A stretch of DNA of 64,000 nt from a virus. The notes below the pieces were generated by a model. That model did no database searches. It worked only from the letters and a program-made list of their open reading frames with translations, and was not told the DNA's origin. Of this stretch, positions 17,603 to 25,508 are shown piece after piece; the stretch's first letter is position 1, and every line of letters begins with the position of its first letter. The DNA lies in IMG/VR virus record IMGVR_UViG_3300035182_001904. One strand, written 5' to 3'. The position numbers were made by a program, and so were the translations under genes.

Positions 17603-18175
17603 ATGAAGCTCTCAAACGCACTCGGGATGATCAAAGGCGGCGAGAAGACCGCGAGCGCGTCTGCGCCCACCGGATCTGCGTCTCCAACCACAGACGCCGG
17701 CGAGCGTCTGAAGCAAGCGCTCAAGGAAGCGACCGCTCCGGCGGTGCAGTCCAAGACCGCGAGCCAGACTTCGCCGATCGAAGACCTCACCAAGATCGCG
17801 GCTGACCTGAGCAAGGCCGAGCACGAGGCCCTCGCCAAGGAGGCGCAGCTCTATGGCGCCGCCATGTGCGACGGCTTCATGGCTCGCGCGTCTCAGTACA
17901 AGGAGGCGGCCGACAAGGCCGCGCCCCTCGCGAAGACCGCCGCAGTCGCAGGAGGGTCATCGGACTTCGAGAAGTTCGCTGCCGAGAACCCGGACCTCGT
18001 GAAGGAAGCGGCCACCCTCGGCTACACGTCCACGATGGGTCAGCTCGAAAAGCTGGCCGAGTCGGCGTACGCCAAGGGCTGGAACGACACGGTCGAGCAG
18101 ATCCACAAGGTGGCGAGCGAGTCCTTCGTCGCCGGCTTCCGTGACACTCTTCAGCTGATCGAGGGCGCTCGCTGA
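17603..18175 (+). CDS. Putative scaffold protein
   Basis: Ala/Lys/Glu helical; about nine KxA sites; C-terminal ESAYAKGWNDTVEQIHKVA. Confidence 0.65.
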   Translation: MKLSNALGMIKGGEKTASASAPTGSASPTTDAGERLKQALKEATAPAVQSKTASQTSPIEDLTKIAADLSKAEHEALAKEAQLYGAAMCDGFMARASQYKEAADKAAPLAKTAAVAGGSSDFEKFAAENPDLVKEAATLGYTSTMGQLEKLAESAYAKGWNDTVEQIHKVASESFVAGFRDTLQLIEGAR

Positions 18176-18178
18176 GCC

Positions 18179-18451
18179 ATGGCTGACGTGGTTCACATCG
18201 ACGCGCTCGCTCGCCTCAAGCAGGCAGCGGAAGCGAAGACGGCCGCGGATCCCGCGCTCGTCAAGGCGTTGCTTGGTGGTGGTGCGTTGCTTGGCGGCGG
18301 TGCCCTTGGCGCCGGCCTCATGCATGCCCATGACGAAGCCGCGCGCGAACGCGCCAAGAACACAGGCTTCGGCGCAGGGATTGCGACTGGCATGGCCGGG
18401 CCGCAGATCATCGACGCGCTGCACGCCGTGATGCATCGAGGCGCGCCGTGA
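18179..18451 (+). CDS. Small glycine-zipper protein
   Basis: AKTAA|DPALVKALLGGGALLGGGALGAG. Confidence 0.7.
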   Translation: MADVVHIDALARLKQAAEAKTAADPALVKALLGGGALLGGGALGAGLMHAHDEAARERAKNTGFGAGIATGMAGPQIIDALHAVMHRGAP

Positions 18452-18663
18452 ACCGCACGCATCAACACCTATCGCTCGTCGTGGACGAGGTGCTCGCGGA
18501 AGCGAACGCCGCGTCCCATCGCAAGACGGCCGAGACGCATGCGATCAAAGTCGCAGCGGCACAACCCAAGACCGAGACGGCGCGCGGTCTGCGCGCCCTC
18601 GCCGACGAAGTTCGTACCGCATCGAGCGACGTGTCGTACGATGATCTCATGGGGGCCCTGTGA
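18448..18663 (+). CDS. Small head-region protein
   Basis: GTGA overlaps; RKTA, IKVAA. Confidence 0.6.
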   Translation: MNRTHQHLSLVVDEVLAEANAASHRKTAETHAIKVAAAQPKTETARGLRALADEVRTASSDVSYDDLMGAL

Positions 18664-18815
18664 AGGAATCCGAGATGCTTCGTACGATCGCAAGTGACCT
18701 GCGTGCGCAGGGCTTGAAGCAAGCCGAAGACCGCAAGATCAAGGCGGCCAGCGTGCTCGTCGCAGCGACGGGTTTCGGCATGCTGCGTTCCAAGCTCGGA
18801 GGCGCTCGTGGTTGA
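18660..18815 (+). CDS. Small 51-aa head-region protein (below ORF-track cutoff)
   Basis: GTGA overlap; MKESEMLRTIASDLRAQGLKQAEDRK... Confidence 0.5.
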   Translation: MKESEMLRTIASDLRAQGLKQAEDRKIKAASVLVAATGFGMLRSKLGGARG

Positions 18816-19164
18816 TCACACCAAGCTCGCGGCGGTCTTCGATGCCATGGCCGACTATGTCGACCAGGTCGAGACTGAGAAGACCTCATCGGTCGCAGCC
18901 GCACGTCAGGTGCGTCTCGACAAGATCGCCACGGCACACGCCGTGGCACACGGAGAAGAGCTGCCGGACATCGCCCGGCAGAAGCTCGCGAAGGCCGACG
19001 ACGCGACTCTCGATGTGGTCGAGGACTTGCTCTCCAAGCAAGCCGGCGTCGTCACTCCCCTCGGCGGCGGCGTTTCGGCCGACGACGATCTCCAACCCAA
19101 GACCCCCAAGCAAGCAGCTGATGCGGCGGACGAACGATTCGTCAGCTGGATCGTTTCCTCGTAG
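18808..19164 (+). CDS. Scaffold-like protein preceding the capsid genes
   Basis: Helical, KxA sites, acidic linker, conserved-looking DERFVSWIVS tail. Confidence 0.65.
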   Translation: MVDHTKLAAVFDAMADYVDQVETEKTSSVAAARQVRLDKIATAHAVAHGEELPDIARQKLAKADDATLDVVEDLLSKQAGVVTPLGGGVSADDDLQPKTPKQAADAADERFVSWIVSS

Positions 19165-19187
19165 CGCATTCCCGGAGGCAGACTCAG

Positions 19188-19652
19188 ATGATCCTGAACA
19201 GCAAGTTCGACGTTCTGCGCGGTTGGCCCCGTGAAGGTGCAATCGACGAATCCTTCACCATCAAGCAGACGGTGCCCGGCACCGACGACGCCCTGCCTCT
19301 GGGCACGGTCGTGTTCGTCGATACCGACGGCACAGCCAAGGCTGCATCCACCCCGAACCGCGCGGCCGCCAACGCCGTCGCGACCTGGGTCGTGGTCGCC
19401 GGCAACGACGACTTCTCGTCGCAGTTCGTCCACAAGGTCGTCGGTCTCCGCTCGAACGCAGAGTTCAAGCTCGACCCGGCGAACTTCAACGCGGGCACGT
19501 ACACCCCGGGCGTCAAGCTGACGTTCGTCTCCGGCAAGTGGCAGCCCGCTGTCGCCGGCAACCAGATCATCGGCGAGGTTCTCCAGGACCTCACCGCGAC
19601 GGACGGCACGATCGTCGTCTTCTACACCGGCGGCGACGCCAACTCGTTCTAG
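19188..19652 (+). CDS. Capsid decoration/cement protein
   Basis: Directly upstream of MCP; beta-rich 154 aa; extreme codon bias. Confidence 0.65.
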   Translation: MILNSKFDVLRGWPREGAIDESFTIKQTVPGTDDALPLGTVVFVDTDGTAKAASTPNRAAANAVATWVVVAGNDDFSSQFVHKVVGLRSNAEFKLDPANFNAGTYTPGVKLTFVSGKWQPAVAGNQIIGEVLQDLTATDGTIVVFYTGGDANSF

Positions 19653-19679
19653 TCCACCTGGGTCAAGGAGAACCACACA

Positions 19680-20618
19680 ATGTCGGCAGCGTACAAGACA
19701 CAGACCCAGCAGGTTTCTAATCAGTTCATCAACTCGAACTTCGTCCGCAAGGTCGAAGACGGGCGGACGAAGGAGGCAGCGGCCGAGGGTACGGCGTTCA
19801 TTCGCCAGAAGCTCCGTCAGGAGTCCTTCGCACGCGAGATCATCGAGCCCGTCATGCTGGCGGACGACGAGATCGACCGTGACGAGAACACCGACCAGCC
19901 CAAGAAGATCGTCGAGAAGGAGCCCGACTCCGTCGCCACGTTCGTGCCGTTCAACGGCACGGCGCAGCGTACGTGGTTCCGTGGCAAGCGCTTCTCGGTC
20001 TACTTCGGCAAGACCGAGTCGCAGCGGTACACCAAGAACAAGTTCGAGCTGATGACGTATCAGAACGACATCCGCAAGATCCTGTCGGACAACTCCGTCA
20101 AGGACATGGCGGACCAGGAAGACCAGAAGTTCCTGGACACCATCAACGCGATCATCGCGCTGAACCTCGCGACGCAACGCACCCTCGCGGGCGCGTTCAA
20201 CTCGAGCGCGTTCAAGCTCGGCTTCCAGGGCCTCGTCAACCGGCGCCAGCCGATCGGCAAGCTCCTGATGTCGAAGTCGACGTACTACGAGGCCCTCGAC
20301 CTGCCGGCGACCTCCGTCGGCAACGACGTGGCGTCGCGGCACTACGACATGGGCATCGAGGCCGAGGAGAAGCTGTGGGGCATCCCCGTGGTTTCGACCA
20401 TCAAGCGCGAGATCGTCGACGACGTCGCCGGTTCGACTCGCCGCTCGGTCTACGTGTTCGCGCCGCAGAACTACCTCGGCGTGTTCTTCCTCCTGCAGGA
20501 TGCGACCCTGTACATCAAGCAGGAAGCCGACATCATCGAGTTCTGGAGCTACGCAGCGCCGGGCATCGGCATCGGCAACACGCTGGCGACCCAGCGCATC
20601 GACCTGCCGTTCGCCTGA
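19680..20618 (+). CDS. Major capsid protein (HK97-fold)
   Basis: 312 aa, strongest codon bias in the window; RQKLRQESFAREII...EKEPDS; KLWGIPVVSTIK; followed by a terminator. Confidence 0.8.
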   Translation: MSAAYKTQTQQVSNQFINSNFVRKVEDGRTKEAAAEGTAFIRQKLRQESFAREIIEPVMLADDEIDRDENTDQPKKIVEKEPDSVATFVPFNGTAQRTWFRGKRFSVYFGKTESQRYTKNKFELMTYQNDIRKILSDNSVKDMADQEDQKFLDTINAIIALNLATQRTLAGAFNSSAFKLGFQGLVNRRQPIGKLLMSKSTYYEALDLPATSVGNDVASRHYDMGIEAEEKLWGIPVVSTIKREIVDDVAGSTRRSVYVFAPQNYLGVFFLLQDATLYIKQEADIIEFWSYAAPGIGIGNTLATQRIDLPFA

Positions 20619-20645
20619 ACAACATCCCTGCCCCAGGGTAGGCTG

Positions 20646-20690
20646 AGGCCTTCTTCCTCCCTTGTTCGGGGATTCAGGAAGAAGGCTTTC
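20646..20690 (+). terminator. Intrinsic terminator-like hairpin after MCP
   Basis: GCCTTCTTCCT/AGGAAGAAGGC 11-bp stem followed by TTTC..TTTC. Confidence 0.65.
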
Positions 20691-20712
20691 GTCGTTTCAC
20701 CCTTGGAGAACC

Positions 20713-21138
20713 ATGTCGAATCTGATCATCAAGAACACGCAAGCGAGCACCCTCGATCTGACGCCGATGCGCGACGTGTTCGACGTCATCGTCGTGCTTC
20801 GGCCTGCGGGAACGAAGGGAGACTCGCGTGAGATCTCCGAGGAGACCGCAAGCCACGAGATCGTCGAGCGTGTGATGAAGGCGCGCTGGGTCTCGCTGGA
20901 AGCGGTTGACACGGGCGCACCGTCTGCGCCGACCGAGGTCCCCCGTACGCCTGTCGAGAACGTGGCCGTCGCGGCGACCGTGGAGTCTGCGCCCACCCCC
21001 GCCCCCGAACCTGTCGAGGACGAGCCTGAGCCTGAGATCGAAGCCGAACCCGCGCCCGAGCCTGTGCCCGAGCCCATGCCCGTGCCTGCACCGACGGAGA
21101 CGTCCGCGTCCTCCAAGCCCCGCCAGTCCCGCAAGTAG
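20713..21138 (+). CDS. Hypothetical protein with Pro/Glu-rich tail
   Basis: GGAG SD before ATG 20713. Confidence 0.65.
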   Translation: MSNLIIKNTQASTLDLTPMRDVFDVIVVLRPAGTKGDSREISEETASHEIVERVMKARWVSLEAVDTGAPSAPTEVPRTPVENVAVAATVESAPTPAPEPVEDEPEPEIEAEPAPEPVPEPMPVPAPTETSASSKPRQSRK

Positions 21139-21167
21139 TCCTCGAGCCGCTACAATAGAGGCACCCC

Positions 21168-21674
21168 ATGGCTTCCCCTTCGATCACCGTTGTCACGTCG
21201 CGCACCGCGCAGTCCATCTCGACGGCGATCCAACAACAGGTCGCCACCGGGAAGAAGTTCACGGGGGTACTGCCGCAAGCAGGTGCTGTGCGCGCGGACA
21301 GCCCCGTGCAGCCCGGCAACAGCTGCTACAAGTACGCGTCGCTCGCAGCAGACGGCGGGGGGCTGTTCTTCTGGAACAACGTCGAGTCCCTGGTCTGCAG
21401 CCAGATCCATGTGGACCTGGGTGCTGCGGGGGACATCACCGTGTCGCTCGTGAACCTCGATCCGACGAAAATCAACGATGACCAGCCCGCTATCCTGGCG
21501 GGCGAGTCGATCATCATCGAGCAATCGACGGGCGTGCGCTTCATCGCGCTCGACGAAGCGCGCTTCAAGACGATCCTCCTGCCGTACCAAGCAATCCAGA
21601 TCGTGACGACGGCGACTGCGGGCGCACAAATCGCGCAGGTCGTGGCCAGCCTCGAGAAGACGTACGTGCGCTGA
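21168..21674 (+). CDS. Beta-rich virion protein (decoration/neck)
   Basis: Preceded by TACAAT and GAGG; structural-gene context. Confidence 0.6.
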   Translation: MASPSITVVTSRTAQSISTAIQQQVATGKKFTGVLPQAGAVRADSPVQPGNSCYKYASLAADGGGLFFWNNVESLVCSQIHVDLGAAGDITVSLVNLDPTKINDDQPAILAGESIIIEQSTGVRFIALDEARFKTILLPYQAIQIVTTATAGAQIAQVVASLEKTYVR

Positions 21675-22153
21675 TGCCGATCGTCGGCACACCCACAACG
21701 CCGACAGTGGTCTCCAAAGACCAAGTCCGCATGTTTATGCGCGACTACGCGAACAACAACATCTTGTTGGATGACGTACAGTTCACGGATGCAGAACTGA
21801 ACCTGGCGCTCGAGATGACGGTGAGTTCGTTCAATACGGTGACGCCGCAGACGAACTTCACGCCGTCGTCGTTCCCTACACATCTACGGTATCTGCTGCT
21901 TGTGGGCACGACCCGCTTTCTGCTCATGAGCGAGTCGTTCATGCAGGTCAGAAACCAGGCGACCGTGCAAGATGGCGACATCTCGCCGATCGGCATTTCT
22001 GACAAGGCTGCGCTCTACGCGCAACTCGCACAACAACTCAAGGGCGAGTGGGATGAACTGACGCGCGGCGTGAAGACACAGAACAACATGGAGAGCGCGT
22101 ATGCGACCCTGGGTTCTGGGTATCGCAACGTGAGCCGGTTCAACAAGTCATGA
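21674..22153 (+). CDS. Head-tail adaptor/neck protein
   Basis: VRMFMRDY..N.LLDDVQFTDAEL; helical 159 aa downstream of MCP. Confidence 0.6.
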   Translation: MPIVGTPTTPTVVSKDQVRMFMRDYANNNILLDDVQFTDAELNLALEMTVSSFNTVTPQTNFTPSSFPTHLRYLLLVGTTRFLLMSESFMQVRNQATVQDGDISPIGISDKAALYAQLAQQLKGEWDELTRGVKTQNNMESAYATLGSGYRNVSRFNKS

Positions 22154-22443
22154 CGCTCGTTGCTGCATATACACAAGGCAAGAACGCAGCGCTTGCGCAT
22201 TTCAAGCTCGCTAACTCGATGGGCGCGAATGCAGGCGTGCAGCCGCGGGGCGATGAGTTCAGCCATGGCACCGAGCGCATCCCGTACGCACACCGCGAAA
22301 CACCCGGAGACGGGGCTCACACGGAAGCCGCAAGTAACGCCCGCGCGAACATGCCCGCCTGGCTGTGGGACCACTTCACGACCTACGACAACATTGCGCC
22401 GGGACGTGCGGATGGGTCGTTCGGACAAGAGGTCATCGGGTGA
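22150..22443 (+). CDS. AYxxG-leader small protein
   Basis: MTLVAAYTQGKNAALAHFKLA. Confidence 0.75.
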   Translation: MTLVAAYTQGKNAALAHFKLANSMGANAGVQPRGDEFSHGTERIPYAHRETPGDGAHTEAASNARANMPAWLWDHFTTYDNIAPGRADGSFGQEVIG

Positions 22444-22464
22444 AATTCGCCCTATAATTCAACC

Positions 22465-22644
22465 ATGTCGAACAACCACCTGAAGACCGCGCACGAGTAC
22501 GGCATCCAGAAGGCTCTCGAAGCTGTCGGCTACAAGAGCGCGGAGGAAGTCCGTCGCGATGCCGAGGCGCTCGGCCTGATCGAGGCACCCAAGACGGCCG
22601 CCGCGAACCCGCTCGCAGACCTGTTCCGCGCGATCCAGAAGTAG
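22465..22644 (+). CDS. 59-aa AYxxG-leader protein (missed by ORF track)
   Basis: MSNNHLKTAHEYGIQKALEAVGYKSA...PKTAAANPLADLFRAIQK; CCTATAAT ends 6 nt upstream. Confidence 0.75.
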   Translation: MSNNHLKTAHEYGIQKALEAVGYKSAEEVRRDAEALGLIEAPKTAAANPLADLFRAIQK

Positions 22645-22653
22645 TTCCCCGCC

Positions 22654-23031
22654 ATGTCGCTGCTGCGCCAAAAGTCGGCTGAGGGCGGGCGCGCAGCGCT
22701 CGCGGCCTTCGGCTTGCCTGCGCCGCAGCAGCCAGGTCTCAAGTCTGTTGGGATCAAGACGCCACACGCGTCGGATCTTCCACACCTGCCACGGCCCGGA
22801 TCGACCAACGCACCATCGGTTGGAGACTCGATGGGCGTTGACGCTGCGAAGATCGCGTTCAACGTCGGCATGGGTGCGTCGACATCGAGCGACGGTGCAG
22901 GTGCTCAGGCGGGTGAGCCGACGGACACCGGACGTCGTCAACGCAGCGTCATCGATCGCGCACTCCAGCGCAACGACGACGACTACGCAACCAGCAGCAT
23001 GCCGTTGCCAGGAGACGTCGTTTCGCCATGA
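22654..23031 (+). CDS. AYxxG-variant leader low-complexity protein
   Basis: MSLLRQKSAEGGRAALAAFGL; internal AKIAF. Confidence 0.65.
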   Translation: MSLLRQKSAEGGRAALAAFGLPAPQQPGLKSVGIKTPHASDLPHLPRPGSTNAPSVGDSMGVDAAKIAFNVGMGASTSSDGAGAQAGEPTDTGRRQRSVIDRALQRNDDDYATSSMPLPGDVVSP

Positions 23032-23891
23032 CCCTCGAGCTGGCATACGCGAACGGGCAACACGCGGCGCTCGAGCGCTACAAGCTGGGCTGGCCTGCGC
23101 CAACGAACCCGACCGTGGCAGGGAGCGCCGTGCTCCGTGCCAAGGACGGTCCGTCGTCGTTGTCACCGCAGGCGCAGCAAGCGATGGCACCTCCGGCGAC
23201 ACCTGCATCCGTCGCGCAGATCTTCAGCGCGCACGAGCAGGGCGAGACCCGTGGCGAACCTCGTCGCAAGCTCTCTGCGGACATCTGCACGTCGTGTCGC
23301 AAGGCCAAGCACTACGGCACGTGCAGCCAGCCCCGGCCGATTCCAATGAAGGCTGCGGACTTCAATCCGGGCATGCTCGGTGGTGACCCCAAGCAGGGCG
23401 ACAATCCGTCGACCAGCCCTCACTACCACTCGGCGACGAGCAGCATCAGCGCGCTTGGGCGCTCAAGCGACGGACGTCCTGCGGACGAGCAGGCAGGTTC
23501 GGGTTTCGCTGACCTGTTTCGACACCAAGGCATCCGCAACAGCGCGGATGAGCCGGGACGGATGACGGGCGGCCTGAACAAGGTCGCGATCGACGCAGAC
23601 CGTGAACGTACTCGCCGTCACGCGATTCTGTACCGCATGTACGGCGTCAAGCTCAGCGACTTCTTCACCAACATGCCAGGCGCGGCGACGCACTCGATGC
23701 ACGAGCAGCGTGGCACGCCGATCAATCCCTACGAAGAACGTCTGACCCGCAAGTCCCCGCCCGTCGGCTGGGGTGACGAAGGTGACCAGCGCATCAACCG
23801 CGCATTCGGTCAGATCGACAACGCGGCCGACACATCCAGCATCGGGGGCGGCGCCGGTTCACCTGATACCGGGCCGGCGGTCCTTGGCTGA
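23028..23891 (+). CDS. AYxxG-leader polyprotein-like protein
   Basis: MTLELAYANGQHAALERYKLG; segments at RKLSA, MKAA, NKVA; CxxC..H..C motif. Confidence 0.7.
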   Translation: MTLELAYANGQHAALERYKLGWPAPTNPTVAGSAVLRAKDGPSSLSPQAQQAMAPPATPASVAQIFSAHEQGETRGEPRRKLSADICTSCRKAKHYGTCSQPRPIPMKAADFNPGMLGGDPKQGDNPSTSPHYHSATSSISALGRSSDGRPADEQAGSGFADLFRHQGIRNSADEPGRMTGGLNKVAIDADRERTRRHAILYRMYGVKLSDFFTNMPGAATHSMHEQRGTPINPYEERLTRKSPPVGWGDEGDQRINRAFGQIDNAADTSSIGGGAGSPDTGPAVLG

Positions 23892-24726
23892 AGTTCGCAT
23901 CACCCGCACCACGGCGTTGTTCCCAACGGCGGTGTTCGTTCAGTGGGATGTTGAATCGGACGAGAGCGGCGCGTTCTTCGTCGACATCGCACGTTCGGAA
24001 AGTCCCAGCGGCCCCTGGGAGTCCGTCGCAACGGGCTTGCGCGACGCGTACAACTTCATCGACGACAAGTTCAACCTCCCGCCTGCAGACCCGAAGAACG
24101 CAGGGCGCGAAGGCGTGAACCTGTTCTCGCTCGCGCGCGTCCTGTACTACCAGCTCACGGTCACGCCTCCGTCGGGATCCGCGAACATGTTCACGAGCGA
24201 GCCGACGCCAGTCGAGCCGGGTCTCGATCGGCGAACCCGGTTGTTCAAACGCAAGATCCTCCACGATCAAGCGGTGGGCTATCGCCGTCTCAACGGCATC
24301 CCACTCATCGTGCTCAAGCGGAAGCGTTGGGGCGACCGCTGTCCTCAGTGTTACGACCCGGTGACCAAAGAGTCTACGCTCGAGCATTGCCTCATCTGCT
24401 ATGGCACGACGTTCGTGGGCGGGTACTGGGCCCCGACATTGATCCGCGGACGGCGCGAAGCTGCAACGGTCGCTACGAACATCACGTCGCATGGCGACAG
24501 TGACGTCAAGTTCAACGACTTTAATATCCTCGACTACCCGCTCGTCGAATACAAAGACATCCTTGTCGACCTCGTGCGCAACGAACGCTACCAGGTTCAG
24601 CGTACACACCACACGGAACTCAAGAGTGTCACGGTTCACCAGAAGGTGACGACGTCGCTACTGGGACACAACTCGGTCGAATACAAGCTACTCGTTGACC
24701 CAACAGCTGTTCCACCGCTGTACTAA
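23884..24726 (+). CDS. Neck/head-completion protein (FN3-like N-terminus, CxxC..CxxC Zn site)
   Basis: Likely TTG start 23884 overlapping the previous stop; GDRCPQCYDP..CLICYGTTFVGGY. Confidence 0.6.
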   Translation: MAEVRITRTTALFPTAVFVQWDVESDESGAFFVDIARSESPSGPWESVATGLRDAYNFIDDKFNLPPADPKNAGREGVNLFSLARVLYYQLTVTPPSGSANMFTSEPTPVEPGLDRRTRLFKRKILHDQAVGYRRLNGIPLIVLKRKRWGDRCPQCYDPVTKESTLEHCLICYGTTFVGGYWAPTLIRGRREAATVATNITSHGDSDVKFNDFNILDYPLVEYKDILVDLVRNERYQVQRTHHTELKSVTVHQKVTTSLLGHNSVEYKLLVDPTAVPPLY

Positions 24727-24729
24727 TTC

Positions 24730-25437
24730 ATGAGCGACAACTACCCCAACTACGTACCGGACCCGAAGAATCAACCTTCGCCGGAAGAAACGCAGCAAGT
24801 CAGCATCCGTCCAGGGTCAAAGCTTGCGGTGTTGGGCGTGTTTGTTGAAATCATCCGGAAGCGGTTTGCACGCGAAGTCGTTGGGGACGAATTCCAGTGG
24901 CGGTGGGATCCGGACATCAAAGTCACGCGACTCGCCGTCGAAAGTGCGTTCAACGAAGACAAGACACACCGGAACTTTCGGCCTGCAGTCTATGTCGACT
25001 GTGATGACCAGACGATGGGGCGTGTCGTACTGGGTGACCGTGTTGGCGTGAACCTCAAGACGGGCCTCGAAGGGTTCTGGAACCTTCAATCCGTGCCGAT
25101 TCTGATCGAGTGCGTGACCGGAAAACGTGCCGAGAGCGCGGTGCTTGGCGACATTGTTGGGATCTTCCTGCAGGCATCGAGCGACCTCATCCAGGGGAAA
25201 TTCGGGCTGCACGACATGACGCCAATCACGGTTGGACGCACGCAACCCGCGCAGCGCGACAAAGATCAGTGGGTGACGTCCGTGACCTTCGTGGCGCAGT
25301 ACCCACAACGCTGGACGAATGCGCCAACCGCGCCCCTGCTGCGAAGCGTAGAATTGGACGTCGTCCGTTCGGGTGCAGATTCTGCCACCGCGTATTTCGA
25401 AACCATCGCCCTCTCTGGGTCCGCTCCGTCCAAGTAG
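24730..25437 (+). CDS. Tail completion/terminator-like protein
   Basis: Position between neck and sheath; size and alpha/beta pattern. Confidence 0.5.
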   Translation: MSDNYPNYVPDPKNQPSPEETQQVSIRPGSKLAVLGVFVEIIRKRFAREVVGDEFQWRWDPDIKVTRLAVESAFNEDKTHRNFRPAVYVDCDDQTMGRVVLGDRVGVNLKTGLEGFWNLQSVPILIECVTGKRAESAVLGDIVGIFLQASSDLIQGKFGLHDMTPITVGRTQPAQRDKDQWVTSVTFVAQYPQRWTNAPTAPLLRSVELDVVRSGADSATAYFETIALSGSAPSK

Positions 25438-25467
25438 TCGCCAACATCGCGATCCGACCGTCAACAC

Positions 25468-25475
25468 CCTATAAT
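25468..25475 (+). promoter_or_regulatory. CCTATAAT promoter element for the sheath gene
   Basis: Intergenic, 33 nt before ATG 25509; GGAG SD present. Confidence 0.55.
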
Positions 25476-25508
25476 TTCCGCAACCCTATGGACTCGGAGC
25501 ACTGACCC

